NCBI GenBank assembly: GCA_963743755.1
Contig: CAVUQU010000003.1
Location: 382,408 to 446,407, forward strand
Length of the DNA stretch: 64,000 bases
Source of the DNA: an uncultured bacterium
GTDB lineage: Bacteria; Acidobacteriota; Aminicenantia; Aminicenantales; Saccharicenantaceae
Reading direction: 5' to 3'
The translations under genes and the position numbers were made by a program. Under the pieces are notes generated by a model. That model was given only the letters and a program-made list of their open reading frames with translations, did not search any database and had not been told where the DNA came from. The first letter of the stretch is position 1; each line of letters starts with the position of its first letter. Shown in pieces: positions 32,735 through 42,595 of this stretch.

Positions 32735-34478
32735 ATGAAAAAGACAGCCATCGTACTCGCCGTACTGACCGTGTTCGCCTGCGGGACGGGCGCACTCCTG
32801 GCCCAGGGACCCGAGGACGCCAAGTTCAAGAAATTCCAGGACACGTTCTGGGACGCCTACTTCAAGTTCTACCCGACGGCCGGGACCGTCCAGGGCTTCA
32901 CGAAGTACAACGACAAGCTCGAGGACCCGAGCGAAGGCGCCCTCGACAAGTTCAACGAGACCCTCGACGGCTTCAACCAGGAGCTGGTCTCCAAGATCGA
33001 CAAGACGAAGCTCTCCGCGGACAACCAGCTCGAGCACGAGATGTACCTCGATTTCCTCGACCTCGAATTCCTCAAGCTCCAGTACGTCCTCCCCTGGGAG
33101 GACAATCCCCTGATGTACAACGAGCTCTTCGTCCAGTCGCTCCGCAGCTTGCTCGTCAAGAACGGCGCTTCCGGGGTCGCCTCCGCGACGGCCCGGGCCA
33201 AGCTCATCCCCGGGCTGGTCAAGAGGGCCAAGGACAACCTGAAGACCCCGCCCCAGGAATACACCCAGGCGGCCATCGACCAGATGCCCGCCATCATCGA
33301 TTTCTACCGGGTCGAGATCCCCAAGCTCTCCGGCGGCGCCGCCGGACTCCAGGCCGAAGTCACCAAGGCCGTCGCCGCCCTCGAGGACTACCAGCGGTAC
33401 CTGAAGGGCGATCTCCTGGCCAAGTCGTCCGGCAACTTCCGCATGCCCGACGCCCACCTGCGGACCCTGAGAATGAAGACCCAGGGCAACCTGCCCATCC
33501 TCGAAGAGGTCGTCCAACGCTCTCTGGCCGATTTCAACAACATCCGCCGCGAGATGTTCCTGGTCTGCATCCCCTTCTATAAGATCATGTTCCCCCACGT
33601 CGACATCGAGCAGCTCGGACGGACCAAGGGCGAGGAACAGACCCGCAACATCGTCATCCAGGGCGTGCTCGACAAGATCAAGGGCGACCACGTCGGCCGC
33701 GACGAGTTCATCGGCCGCATCAACCAGGCCGCGGCCGGCATCAAGGGCTTCATCCAGCAGCAGAGCCTGATGAACCTGCCCGAGGAGAACCTGGCCATCG
33801 AACCTATGCCGCCCTACTGCGCCGCCGGCACCTGGACGCGCCTGATGGCCCCCGGCGCCTTCGAAGCGAGCCGGACCCTACACCCTCTTCGTCAACCCCA
33901 TCCCCGCCGCCTGGTCCGCTGAAGACGCCACCTCGTTCCTCGAGGAACATAACAATTACTACATGGACTTCATGGGCATCGAGAAGGTCTACCCCGGCAC
34001 CTTCGCGGCCGCCGCTTTCACTCGCAAGGACCCGTCCGTCATCAAGCGGATGGCCGCCAACCAGGGCCTCCTCAAGGGCTGGCCCATCTTCCTCGAAGAT
34101 CTGTTCATGGAGAGCGGCTACGGCAACTACGACCTGCGCATGCGCCTCAACCAGCTCAAGCTCCAGCTCAAGACGGTCATCGACTTCCAGATGGATATCA
34201 ACGTCCACGAGGGCACATGGACCAAGGAGAAGGTCGTCGAGTACATGACCGTCCGCGGCTTCATGACCAAGGCCGAGGCCGAGCGCCGCTGGAACCAGAT
34301 CGTCCTCAGCCCCTGCGAGGGCGCCCTGCCCTACATCGGCTACCAGGAGATCCTGGACATGGAGAAGGACCAGCGCAAGCTCAAGGGCGAGGCCTTCAAC
34401 GTCAAGGACTTCCTGCAAAAGCTCGTCAGCCACGGCGCCATCCCGCTCCGCGCGCTGAAAACGAGAGTCGCCCAGTAA
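32735..34478 (+). CDS. DUF885-like exported protein (frameshift near 33870)
   Basis: Signal peptide; alpha-helical body; C-terminal YIGYQEILDM...FNVKDFLQKLVSHGAIPL. Confidence 0.72.
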
Positions 34479-34485
34479 GCTCTTC

Positions 34486-34530
34486 AAGGGGGGGACACGG
34501 ACCTCTGGTACGTGTCCCCCCTTTCTTTTT
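34486..34530 (+). terminator. Intrinsic terminator-like hairpin
   Basis: GGGGGGACACG/CGTGTCCCCCC stem followed by TTTCTTTTT just after the stop at 34478. Confidence 0.7.
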
Positions 34531-34548
34531 ACCGTGTGGGGAAGAACG

Positions 34549-35403
34549 TTGAGCGAGCCGTCCGGTAACGGGAACCTGGACCGAAGCGGGACCCGTCCCC
34601 CCTCCTTCAGCCTCGTCGACTCCCACGCCCACCTCGATGCTCCCGAATTCGACGCCGACCGGGGAGACGCCGTCCGCCGGGCCTTCGCTGCCGGGGTCGG
34701 GGCCATCCTCTGCCCGGCCGATCTGACCCGCGCCGCGAGCTTCGCAGCCATCGCCGGCCTCATGGCCGAGTTCCCGACGGTCCTGGCCGCGGCCGGCGTC
34801 CACGCCCATCAGGCCAAAGATCTCACGGAAGCCCATCTCCGCGGGCTCCGGGAGCTGGCCGGCCGCGGCGCTCTCCGGGCGGTCGGCGAGATCGGCCTCG
34901 ACTACCACTACGATTTCTCGTCCCCGGAAGCCCAACGCGACGCGTTCCGCCGACAGCTGGCCCTCGCGGAGGAGCTCGGACTGCCGGTCATCGTCCACAG
35001 CCGCCTGGCCGGGGCCGACGTCGTCGCCGCCGTCGACGCGGAGCGGTTCGACCGGGGTGGCATCCTCCACTGCTTCACCGAGGACCGAACGACGGCCGAG
35101 GCCATGATCGCGCGCGGCTTCCTCGTCTCGTTCTCCGGCATCCTGACCTTTCCCAAGGCCGGCGCCCTCCGGGACGTCGCCGCGGCCCTCCCCCTCGACA
35201 GCCTGCTCGTCGAGACCGATTCCCCCTACCTCGCCCCCGTCCCCTACCGGGGCGCCGGCCGGCGCAACGAGCCCGCCTTCGTCGTCGAGACCGCCCGGGT
35301 CCTGGCCGGGATCAGGGGGCTCGCCCCGGAGGAATTGGCCGGTGCGACCACCCGGAACTTCGCCCGCCTCTTCCCGTTTGAAAAAACCGGGGGGCGATGC
35401 TAA
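34549..35403 (+). CDS. tatD: TatD family hydrolase (start uncertain)
   Basis: VDSHAHL, GVHAH, VGEIGLDY, VIVHSR, LHCF, VETDSPYLAP, RNEP. Confidence 0.93.
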   Translation: MSEPSGNGNLDRSGTRPPSFSLVDSHAHLDAPEFDADRGDAVRRAFAAGVGAILCPADLTRAASFAAIAGLMAEFPTVLAAAGVHAHQAKDLTEAHLRGLRELAGRGALRAVGEIGLDYHYDFSSPEAQRDAFRRQLALAEELGLPVIVHSRLAGADVVAAVDAERFDRGGILHCFTEDRTTAEAMIARGFLVSFSGILTFPKAGALRDVAAALPLDSLLVETDSPYLAPVPYRGAGRRNEPAFVVETARVLAGIRGLAPEELAGATTRNFARLFPFEKTGGRC

Positions 35404-35415
35404 GATAGCGGGACC

Positions 35416-35907
35416 ATGGGCCTGGATCATTCCTTCGACATCGTCTCCCGCGTCGACCACCAGGAAGTCTCCAACGCCGTCAACGTCACCCTGAAAGAGA
35501 TCCGCAACCGGTTCGATTTCAAGAACAGCCGGGCCGACATCGTCCTCGACAAGGACAAGATGACCCTCGTCGCCGAGGACGATTTCAAGATCAAGGCCCT
35601 GCGGACGACCCTCGAGGAGAAGCTGGTCAAGCGCAAGGTCCCCCTGCGGGCCCTCGAATACGGACGGATCGAGGACGGGGCCAACCGGACCGTCAAGCAG
35701 GACGTCGTGTTCCAGGCCGGCATCCCCGTCGAGAAGGCCCGCGAGATCGTCAAGCTGGTCAAGGCGGAGAAGTTCAAGGCCCAGGTGGCCATCCAGGGCG
35801 ACGAGGTCCGGGTCTCCTCGGCCAAGATCGACGTCCTCCAGGAGGTCATCGCCTTCCTCAAGGCGAAAGACCTCGGCATCCACATGACCTTCATGAACTT
35901 CCGATGA
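35416..35907 (+). CDS. yajQ: YajQ family nucleotide-binding protein
   Basis: SFDIVSRVDHQEVSNAV, RFDFK, IQGDEVRVS, FMNFR. Confidence 0.95.
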   Translation: MGLDHSFDIVSRVDHQEVSNAVNVTLKEIRNRFDFKNSRADIVLDKDKMTLVAEDDFKIKALRTTLEEKLVKRKVPLRALEYGRIEDGANRTVKQDVVFQAGIPVEKAREIVKLVKAEKFKAQVAIQGDEVRVSSAKIDVLQEVIAFLKAKDLGIHMTFMNFR

Positions 35908-36929
35908 CCTCGCCGACGCCTCTCCTCGACCGCTGGTCCTCCGTCACCCAGTGGAACGACATGTCGTCCCTCTACCGGGAGATCGGCCCCGACCTCGACC
36001 GGGTCGAGGACCGGCTCGCGTCGTGGTCCCGATCCTCCAACCCGCTGACCGCCGAGATCAGCCGCTACGTCCTGCGCAAGAAGGGCAAGAGGCTGCGGCC
36101 GGCCCTCGTCCTGCTGACCTCGCGGCTGTTCAGCCCGGGGAGCGAGGAGTCGGTCTTCCTGGCCTCGCTCGTCGAGATCCTCCACACGGCCAGTCTCATC
36201 CACGACGACATCGTCGACAACGCCGGCCTGCGGCGGGGCCGGAAATCCGTCCACGCCAAGTGGGGCCCGAACATCACGGTCCTCCTCGGCGACTACCTCT
36301 ACATCAAGTCCATCGGCCTGTCCCTGCAGTCCCGCCACGAGCGGATCACCCGTCTGCTGACCGACGTGTCGGCCCGGATGATCGAGGGCGAGCTCGACGA
36401 GTACGCCCTGGGCGGCGATCTGCAGATCACCGAGGATCAGTACCTGGGGATCGTCGAGAACAAGACGGCCGTCTTGTTCGGCGCCTGCTGCCGCATCGGG
36501 GCCATCCTCGGACTGGCCTCGCCCGAGGAGGAGGAGGCCGTCGCGGCCTACGCCCTGGACCTGGGCAAGACGTTCCAGATCGTCGACGATCTCCTCGACT
36601 TCACCGGCGACGCACGGGTGCTCGGCAAGCCCGTTCTGTCCGACCTCGGTGAGGGGCGGATCACCCTGCCTCTTATCCACGCGCTGAAGAGGGCCGACCG
36701 CTCCGGGCGGGCCCGCTTCAAAGCGCTGGTCGGCCGGAAGGACATCTCCGCGGCCGAACGCCGGGAGTTGCTGGCCCTGCTCGCGGCCGCCGGGGCTTTC
36801 GATCACGCCCGCGAACGGGCCCGCGAGTTCACCGAAAGGGCGCTCGAACGGATCGACGTCTTCCCCGATTCGCCGCCCCGGGAGACGCTCATCCGCCTGG
36901 CGGTCTACGGATTGACCCGGAGCCGCTGA
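35904..36929 (+). CDS. Polyprenyl diphosphate synthase (IspB/HepT-like)
   Basis: GKRLRP, HTASLIHDDIVD (FARM), RRG, KTA, FQIVDDLLD (SARM). Confidence 0.95.
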   Translation: MTSPTPLLDRWSSVTQWNDMSSLYREIGPDLDRVEDRLASWSRSSNPLTAEISRYVLRKKGKRLRPALVLLTSRLFSPGSEESVFLASLVEILHTASLIHDDIVDNAGLRRGRKSVHAKWGPNITVLLGDYLYIKSIGLSLQSRHERITRLLTDVSARMIEGELDEYALGGDLQITEDQYLGIVENKTAVLFGACCRIGAILGLASPEEEEAVAAYALDLGKTFQIVDDLLDFTGDARVLGKPVLSDLGEGRITLPLIHALKRADRSGRARFKALVGRKDISAAERRELLALLAAAGAFDHARERAREFTERALERIDVFPDSPPRETLIRLAVYGLTRSR

Positions 36930-36945
36930 GGGGAGAAGTCCGGCC

Positions 36946-37470
36946 ATGACCGAGATCGAGATCAAGATAAAGATCGGCGACCCCAAGGCCATGCGGGAGA
37001 AGCTCCTCGGCCTCGGCGTCGCCGTCAGCCGGGACAGGCACTTCGAGAAGAACGTCCTCTACGACTTCGACTCGGGCGCCCTGCGCGCCTCCCGCCGGGC
37101 CCTGCGCCTGCGAACGGCGGGAAAGCGGGCGACCCTGACGTTCAAGGGCGAGCCGCAGAAGTCCCGGTCGTTCAAGGTCCGGGAGGAATTCGAGACCCAG
37201 GTCCGCGATCCCCGGGAGATGCGCCGCATCCTCAAGGCGTTGGGGCTCAAGGAGGTATTCTCCTATGGAAAGCACCGGACCGTACTGCGGAAGAGCCGCC
37301 TGACCCTCTGCATCGACGAGACGGAGGCCGGGAATTTCCTCGAGCTCGAGGGGGAGCGGCACGAGATCGTCAAGTTCGCCCGGGCCCTGAAGGTCCGGCG
37401 GACGGAATTCATCACCCGGAGCTACATCGAATTATTGGCCGACCAGAAAAAAGAGGGCGGGCCGGACTGA
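36946..37470 (+). CDS. CYTH-domain protein (class IV adenylate cyclase CyaB-like)
   Basis: EIEIK (ExExK), LRLR, LTFKG, REEFE, FLELE, SY. Confidence 0.88.
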   Translation: MTEIEIKIKIGDPKAMREKLLGLGVAVSRDRHFEKNVLYDFDSGALRASRRALRLRTAGKRATLTFKGEPQKSRSFKVREEFETQVRDPREMRRILKALGLKEVFSYGKHRTVLRKSRLTLCIDETEAGNFLELEGERHEIVKFARALKVRRTEFITRSYIELLADQKKEGGPD

Positions 37471-37488
37471 GCGTCCGGACGCCCGGTC

Positions 37489-37887
37489 TCACTCGTCCTT
37501 GTCGTCCTTGACCTCGTCCTCTTCGCCGTCCTCGTTGCCCCCCTCTTCCTCTTCGCTCTCGGTTTCGATCGCGGCTTCGGATTCGTCCTCGACGAGGTCC
37601 TTGCCGAGGGGGCTTTCGGAGTCCCCGGCCTCGTCGACGATGGCGGGGATGCCGGCGCCGGCGAAGATGCGGTCGTCGCGCTCGGGGATGTCGTCCATGC
37701 GGGCCGGGATGATCTCGTACTCGATGAGCCCTTCCCGGACCTCGGCCTGGGCGATGCGGATGGGGTTCTTCGACCGGGTCTGGAGCTTGGGCTTGGCGCC
37801 CTTGAGAAGCTGCTTGGCCCGTTTCGAGGCCAGGATGATGAAGCGGTACTTGCTGTCTATCTTGCCGATCTGATCGAATTGGTCCAC
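37489..37887 (-). CDS. rpoZ: RNA polymerase omega subunit with acidic C-terminal extension
   Basis: IDSKYRFIILASKRAKQL...KNPIRIAQAEV. Confidence 0.88.
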   Translation of the reverse strand: MDQFDQIGKIDSKYRFIILASKRAKQLLKGAKPKLQTRSKNPIRIAQAEVREGLIEYEIIPARMDDIPERDDRIFAGAGIPAIVDEAGDSESPLGKDLVEDESEAAIETESEEEEGGNEDGEEDEVKDDKDE

Positions 37888-38033
37888 GGGTCGTCGACTC
37901 CTCGATGCGGTGTTCTCAGGTTGGGCACCTTAAAATAGCAGAAAACAGGGGAAAACGCAAGGCCGGCGTTTTTCTTTTGACAGGGGCGGCGTCCTGTGGT
38001 ATCTAGTTTTTTCGCCTATTCCGAGGAGGTCCC

Positions 38034-39726
38034 ATGACTCAAGGGCTGACGGCTAGCGGCTGGTTCTTCCTGATCTTCGGCTGGGGATTCATCCTGACCC
38101 TGACCATCTACTGTTTCTCGCGCGTCCTCTTCGCCAAGAAGCCCGAGGTCGTCGTCGAGGCCGGCGGCCGCGAGCAGTGGGGCTCGCGCATCGGCCTGAT
38201 CCTGGCCGTGGCCGGCAACGCCATCGGCCTGGGCAACTTCCTCCGCTTCCCGGTCCAGGCGTCGTCCAACGGCGGCGGCGCCTTCATGATCCCCTACTTC
38301 GTCGCCTTCCTCCTCCTCGGCATCCCGATGATGTGGGTCGAGTGGACGATCGGCCGCATGGGCGGCGACCCACGGCCACGGCACGACGCCGGGCATGCTC
38401 AACCTGTTGTGGAAGAAGGCGCCGTCGAAGTACCTCGGGGCGCTCGGCATCGTCATCCCCTTCGTCATCGTCATCTACTACAACTTCATCGAGTCGTGGT
38501 GCCTGGGCTTCTCCTGGTTCTCTCTGACCGGCAAGTACTTCGGCAACGCCAACCGGGAGGCCATGGGCCATTTCCTGCACGGCTTCCAGGGCCTCGAATC
38601 GAACGAGTTCTTCAGCTCCATGGTCCCCATCCTCATCTTCTGGGCCATCACCATCGCCCTCAACTTCTTCTTCCTCTACAAGGGCATCTCCAAGGGCATC
38701 GAGGTCCTGGCCAAGATACGGCATGCCCCTGCTCTTCGTCTTCGGCATCGTCCTGGTCGTCCGCGTGCTGACCCTGGGCACGCCCGATCCGTCCGCGCCG
38801 GAGCTCAATATCTCGACCGGATTGGGCTTCATCTGGAACCCCGACTTCAGCCGCTTGGGGTCGGCCACGGTCTGGCTGGCCGCCGCCGGCCAGATCTTCT
38901 TCACCCTGAGCCTCGGCCAGGGCATCATCAACACCTACGCCTCCTACGTCCGGGAGAAGCAGGACGTCACCCTGAACGGCCTGTCGACCGCTTCCACCAA
39001 CGAGTTCGCCGAGGTCATCCTGGGCGGCACGATCGCCATCCCGGCCGCCGTCATCTTCTTCGGCGTGGCCGAGACCCAGGCCATCGCCCAGGGAGGGCGC
39101 CTTCAACCTCGGCTTCCAGGCCCTGCCGGTCATCTTCCAGAAGATCCCGCTGGGCCAGATCTTCGGCGGCATGTTCTTCTTCCTGCTCTTCATCGCCGGC
39201 ATCACCTCGTCGGTGGCCATGACCCAGCCGGCCATCGCCTTCCTCGAGGACGAGTTCAAGTGGAAGAGGCAGAAGGCGGTCAAGGCCGTCTTCGCGCGTG
39301 CTCGTCGCCTGCAGCGCGATGGTCATCTCCTTCTTCCGGTTCGGCTTCCTCGACGAGCTCGACTTCTGGGCCGGCACGTTCGGCCTGGTCGTCTTCGCGG
39401 CCATCGAGATCGTCCTCTTCGCCTGGGTCTTCGGGCTCAAGAAGGGCTGGGCCGAGATGCACAAGGGCGCCGACCTCAAGGTGCCGAAGATCTTCAAGTT
39501 CATCATGACTTACGTCACGCCGGTCTACCTGCTCGTCCTCCTCGTCATGTGGACCGTCCAGGACGCCGTCGGGAAGTTCCTGATGAAGGGCGAGGAGCCG
39601 GCCAACAAGCCCTACCTCTGGGGCGCCCGGGTGCTGATCGCCGCTCTCGTTCTGCTCATGTGCCTGCTCATCCGCAAGGCCTGGAACAAGAAGAAGCTGG
39701 AAAAGCCGGAGGCCGGAGCGGCCTGA
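38034..39726 (+). CDS. Sodium-dependent neurotransmitter-symporter (NSS/LeuT) family transporter; several frameshifts
   Basis: [73 protein letters not shown]. Confidence 0.92.
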
Positions 39727-39837
39727 GGCCCGACCGTACACGAATCGGGAACAGGGTCCCTTCCCGGGGAGCCCGTCGTTTGAATCCGTCACCCGTCTGT
39801 GGTAGATTTATCGCTCGGCGCCAAGGAAAAATTCATC

Positions 39838-40776
39838 GTGGATAACCGGATCTGGGCCATCGGCGGCGGCAAGGGCGGAACGGGCAAGAGCTTCGTCGCC
39901 GCCAGCCTCGGCCTCCACCTCGCCTCGCTCGACCGCGAGGTCGTGCTCGTCGACGTCGACCTCGGCGCTCCCAACCTCCACACCCTCTTGGGCATCAAGG
40001 CCTCCCACCCCGACCTCGGCGACTTCCTGACCAACGCCGTCCCCTCTCTCGGGGAAGTGGCCGTCGAGACGCCTTTCCGCAACCTGCGCATCGTCAAGGG
40101 CACGGAGAACATCCTGTTCGTCGCCAACCTCAACCACTACAAGAAGCTCCGCCTGCTGCGCCAGCTCCGCCAGCTGCCGGCCCCGAACATCATCCTCGAC
40201 CTGGGCACGGGGAGCTCGTTCAACACCCTCGACTTCTTCCTCAGCGCCAACCCCGGCATCGTCGTGACCACGCCCGATCCCACGGCCATCGAGAACACCT
40301 ACCTCTTCCTGAAATCCTGCATCATGCGCGTCCTCAAGCTCTACATGGACCACTACAAGATCCAGGACCTGCACCAGCGGATGCTCGACCAGATCGAGAA
40401 GAACTCCCAGTCCCTCTACGGCTTCTTCAAGTCGCTCATGGAGACCGACCGGGCTTACGGCACGATCCTCTACCGGGCCCTGCGCGGCTTCCGGCCCTGC
40501 CTGGTGATGAACAAGACCCGGGACGAGCACGACGTCCTGCTCGGCCGCTCCGTGGCCGACGTCGTCCGCAAGTATCTGCTCGTCGACATGAAGTATCTCG
40601 GCGGGGTGCCCTACGACGAGAACGTCCTCACTTCGCTCCGCGGGCTCCGCCCCTACTACACGGACCACCGCGATTCGGCCGCGGCCAGGGCCATCCGGCA
40701 GATGTCCGAGGAGCTGGCCTATTCGATCGAATTCACCTTGCGGACCCCCCCGGAGATCCGTCTCCCGGACACCTGA
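39838..40776 (+). CDS. MinD/FlhG-like P-loop ATPase
   Basis: Deviant Walker A GGGKGGTGKS, DVDLGAPNLHT, ILDLG, PDPTAIENTY. Confidence 0.85.
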   Translation: MDNRIWAIGGGKGGTGKSFVAASLGLHLASLDREVVLVDVDLGAPNLHTLLGIKASHPDLGDFLTNAVPSLGEVAVETPFRNLRIVKGTENILFVANLNHYKKLRLLRQLRQLPAPNIILDLGTGSSFNTLDFFLSANPGIVVTTPDPTAIENTYLFLKSCIMRVLKLYMDHYKIQDLHQRMLDQIEKNSQSLYGFFKSLMETDRAYGTILYRALRGFRPCLVMNKTRDEHDVLLGRSVADVVRKYLLVDMKYLGGVPYDENVLTSLRGLRPYYTDHRDSAAARAIRQMSEELAYSIEFTLRTPPEIRLPDT

Positions 40777-41150
40777 TGCTGAAAAAGATCGAGGACTGGA
40801 ACTACTACGAGCTCCTCTCGGTGGAAAGGACGGCCTCGCAGGACGAGGTCTGGGAGGCCTATCAGACGGCCCTCGGGACCTACCGGGACGGCTCGCTCGC
40901 TCTCTACGGCCTCGTCGGCGAGGACGAGCGGGCCTTGGTCCTCGAACGCGTCCAGGAAGCCTTCCAGACGCTCCGCGTTCCCGAGAAGCGGCGGGAATAC
41001 GACCTGGCCCTCCTCCGCCACGCCCCCTATTTCCCTCCGAAAGCGCCTTTCCGCAAGTCGATCGACCGTCTCGAGATCGAGGAGGCCCCCCCGAAGAGAT
41101 CGCTCTGGGAGCGGATCAAGGCCTTCGTCTTCCGGCGTCACGACGCCTGA
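40776..41150 (+). CDS. Small J-domain-like protein lacking HPD
   Basis: NYYELLSVERTASQDEVWEAY...EAFQTLRVPEKRREYD; start overlaps the ATPase stop. Confidence 0.7.
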   Translation: MLKKIEDWNYYELLSVERTASQDEVWEAYQTALGTYRDGSLALYGLVGEDERALVLERVQEAFQTLRVPEKRREYDLALLRHAPYFPPKAPFRKSIDRLEIEEAPPKRSLWERIKAFVFRRHDA

Positions 41151-41161
41151 AGCGCTCTAAC

Positions 41162-41282
41162 AAGGTTCTTCTCCCATATCCGGGACGCCCTCTCGAGGCG
41201 GTGAGGGGATTATCCTCGCAGATCCCCGTGGTGGAGGGGGGACCCGGAGAGAGGGACTTCCCGGAATCGGGAGAAGATCCTT
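41162..41282. repeat. About 120-bp long imperfect hairpin between convergent genes
   Basis: Nested stems TCTTCTCCC/GGGAGAAGA, CCGGGA/TCCCGG, CCCTCTC/GAGAGGG, GGGGAT/ATCCCC. Confidence 0.7.
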
Positions 41283-41656
41283 TAAAAATCCTTGGAGATA
41301 TCGTCCGCGGTGCCGAACGCGCCGTCCGGCCCCGCCGAGGTCAGACGGAACGAATCGTCCGAGAGCCTCTCGTAGCGGATGGCATGGCCCCAGGCGTCCG
41401 GCAGGGAGCCGGCCGTCGGGTGGAACCGCCGGAGCGCCTGGAGCGAATCCGGCAGCCCCTCCCCTTCCGCGGCGAAGGTGAGGACCGCGCGCGAGAGCGC
41501 TTCGAGGTTGGCCCCGGTCAGCTTGACCTTCGACTCCGCGTACTTGTCGACCATGATCTCGAGGCCGCCTTTGTCGTCGGCAACCTTGGTGAAGAAGATG
41601 AAATAGACGGCGACCATCGCCAGAATGATCCCGATGAGCAGACCCCTGATCTTCAT
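41282..41656 (-). CDS. Small membrane-anchored protein with GspG-like pseudopilin C-terminal domain
   Basis: N-terminal TM; DAWGHAIRY...LTSAGPDGAFGTADDI motif. Confidence 0.7.
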   Translation of the reverse strand: MKIRGLLIGIILAMVAVYFIFFTKVADDKGGLEIMVDKYAESKVKLTGANLEALSRAVLTFAAEGEGLPDSLQALRRFHPTAGSLPDAWGHAIRYERLSDDSFRLTSAGPDGAFGTADDISKDF

Positions 41657-41665
41657 GACGGCCTC

Positions 41666-42595
41666 CTAAGCGTTCTCCGGGAGCGGCGGCACCCGGCCGG
41701 CGTGGGCCGCGATGCGTTCGGCGATCCTCGTCACGATGGCGTCCGGCACCCCGTCCGGGTGGGCCGACCGGAGCCTCATGTCGCAGATCTCGTTGACGTA
41801 GTCGACGACGACCAGCCGTCCCCGGACATCCCGCGCGATCTCCGTCGAGAAGAACCTCAGCCGGGAGACCCGGGCGATCGACCGGACGATGCCGTAGATC
41901 GGACTGAGGCCGCGCGCCGCGGCTTCGTCGGGGTCGAGCTCGGCGTAGATGTGGGTGCGGTCGTCCCACCACGCGAGGTGGACCTCGCCGAGGACGTAGA
42001 ACCCCCGGAACCAGGACCGCCGCCCGTCCGGCGATACTTCCGGGACGACCTTTTCCTGGAGGAGAAACTTGTCGGCCGGGTAGGCCCTCCGGGCCGCGAG
42101 GACGTCGTCGGTTCCCGACGCGTCGGCGACCACCCCGATGCTCCCCCCGGTCGTGTTGGCCGGCTTGACGACGAAGGGGACGCCGAGCGGCGCGAGGTCC
42201 CCGGGCGCCGGGCGGAATCCGGGCGCCTCGGCGTAGGAGGGCAGGATCACGGTATGCGGCGTGGGGATGCCGGCGCTGTGGAATTCGAGATGCATGGTGG
42301 CCTTGTCCGAAGCCCAGCGGAACTTGTCCAGGCTCTCGATGACGTCCCGGCCCCTTTCGGACGCCAGCGCCTGCAGGGCGATGAAATCGGGCGACGAGCC
42401 CGAGGCCCGGTCGAGGAGGACGCGGAAATCGAGGCCGCCGGAGCGGAAGGCCTCGAGCACGCGGCCGGCCTCGGCCGGAGGTACGGCGAGCGCCGCGAGG
42501 CCGCGGTTCCGCGCCGCCTCCGCGACGAGACGGACGAAATCCCCGTCGTATTCCCAGTCGTAGGTCAGGGCCAGGTCGTAGCGGATCGTTCTCAG
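41666..42595 (-). CDS. ATP-grasp fold protein (start uncertain)
   Basis: DKATMHLEF..AGIPTPHT, PFVVKPA, FLLQEKV, FFSTEIA, VDYVNE; frame stays open upstream to about 42595 (YDLALTYDWEYD). Confidence 0.65.
   Translation of the reverse strand: MRTIRYDLALTYDWEYDGDFVRLVAEAARNRGLAALAVPPAEAGRVLEAFRSGGLDFRVLLDRASGSSPDFIALQALASERGRDVIESLDKFRWASDKATMHLEFHSAGIPTPHTVILPSYAEAPGFRPAPGDLAPLGVPFVVKPANTTGGSIGVVADASGTDDVLAARRAYPADKFLLQEKVVPEVSPDGRRSWFRGFYVLGEVHLAWWDDRTHIYAELDPDEAAARGLSPIYGIVRSIARVSRLRFFSTEIARDVRGRLVVVDYVNEICDMRLRSAHPDGVPDAIVTRIAERIAAHAGRVPPLPENA

Noticed and set aside
41282-41656. Type II secretion system locus
   Set aside because: A lone GspG-like C-terminal domain without a prepilin cleavage motif or other gsp genes
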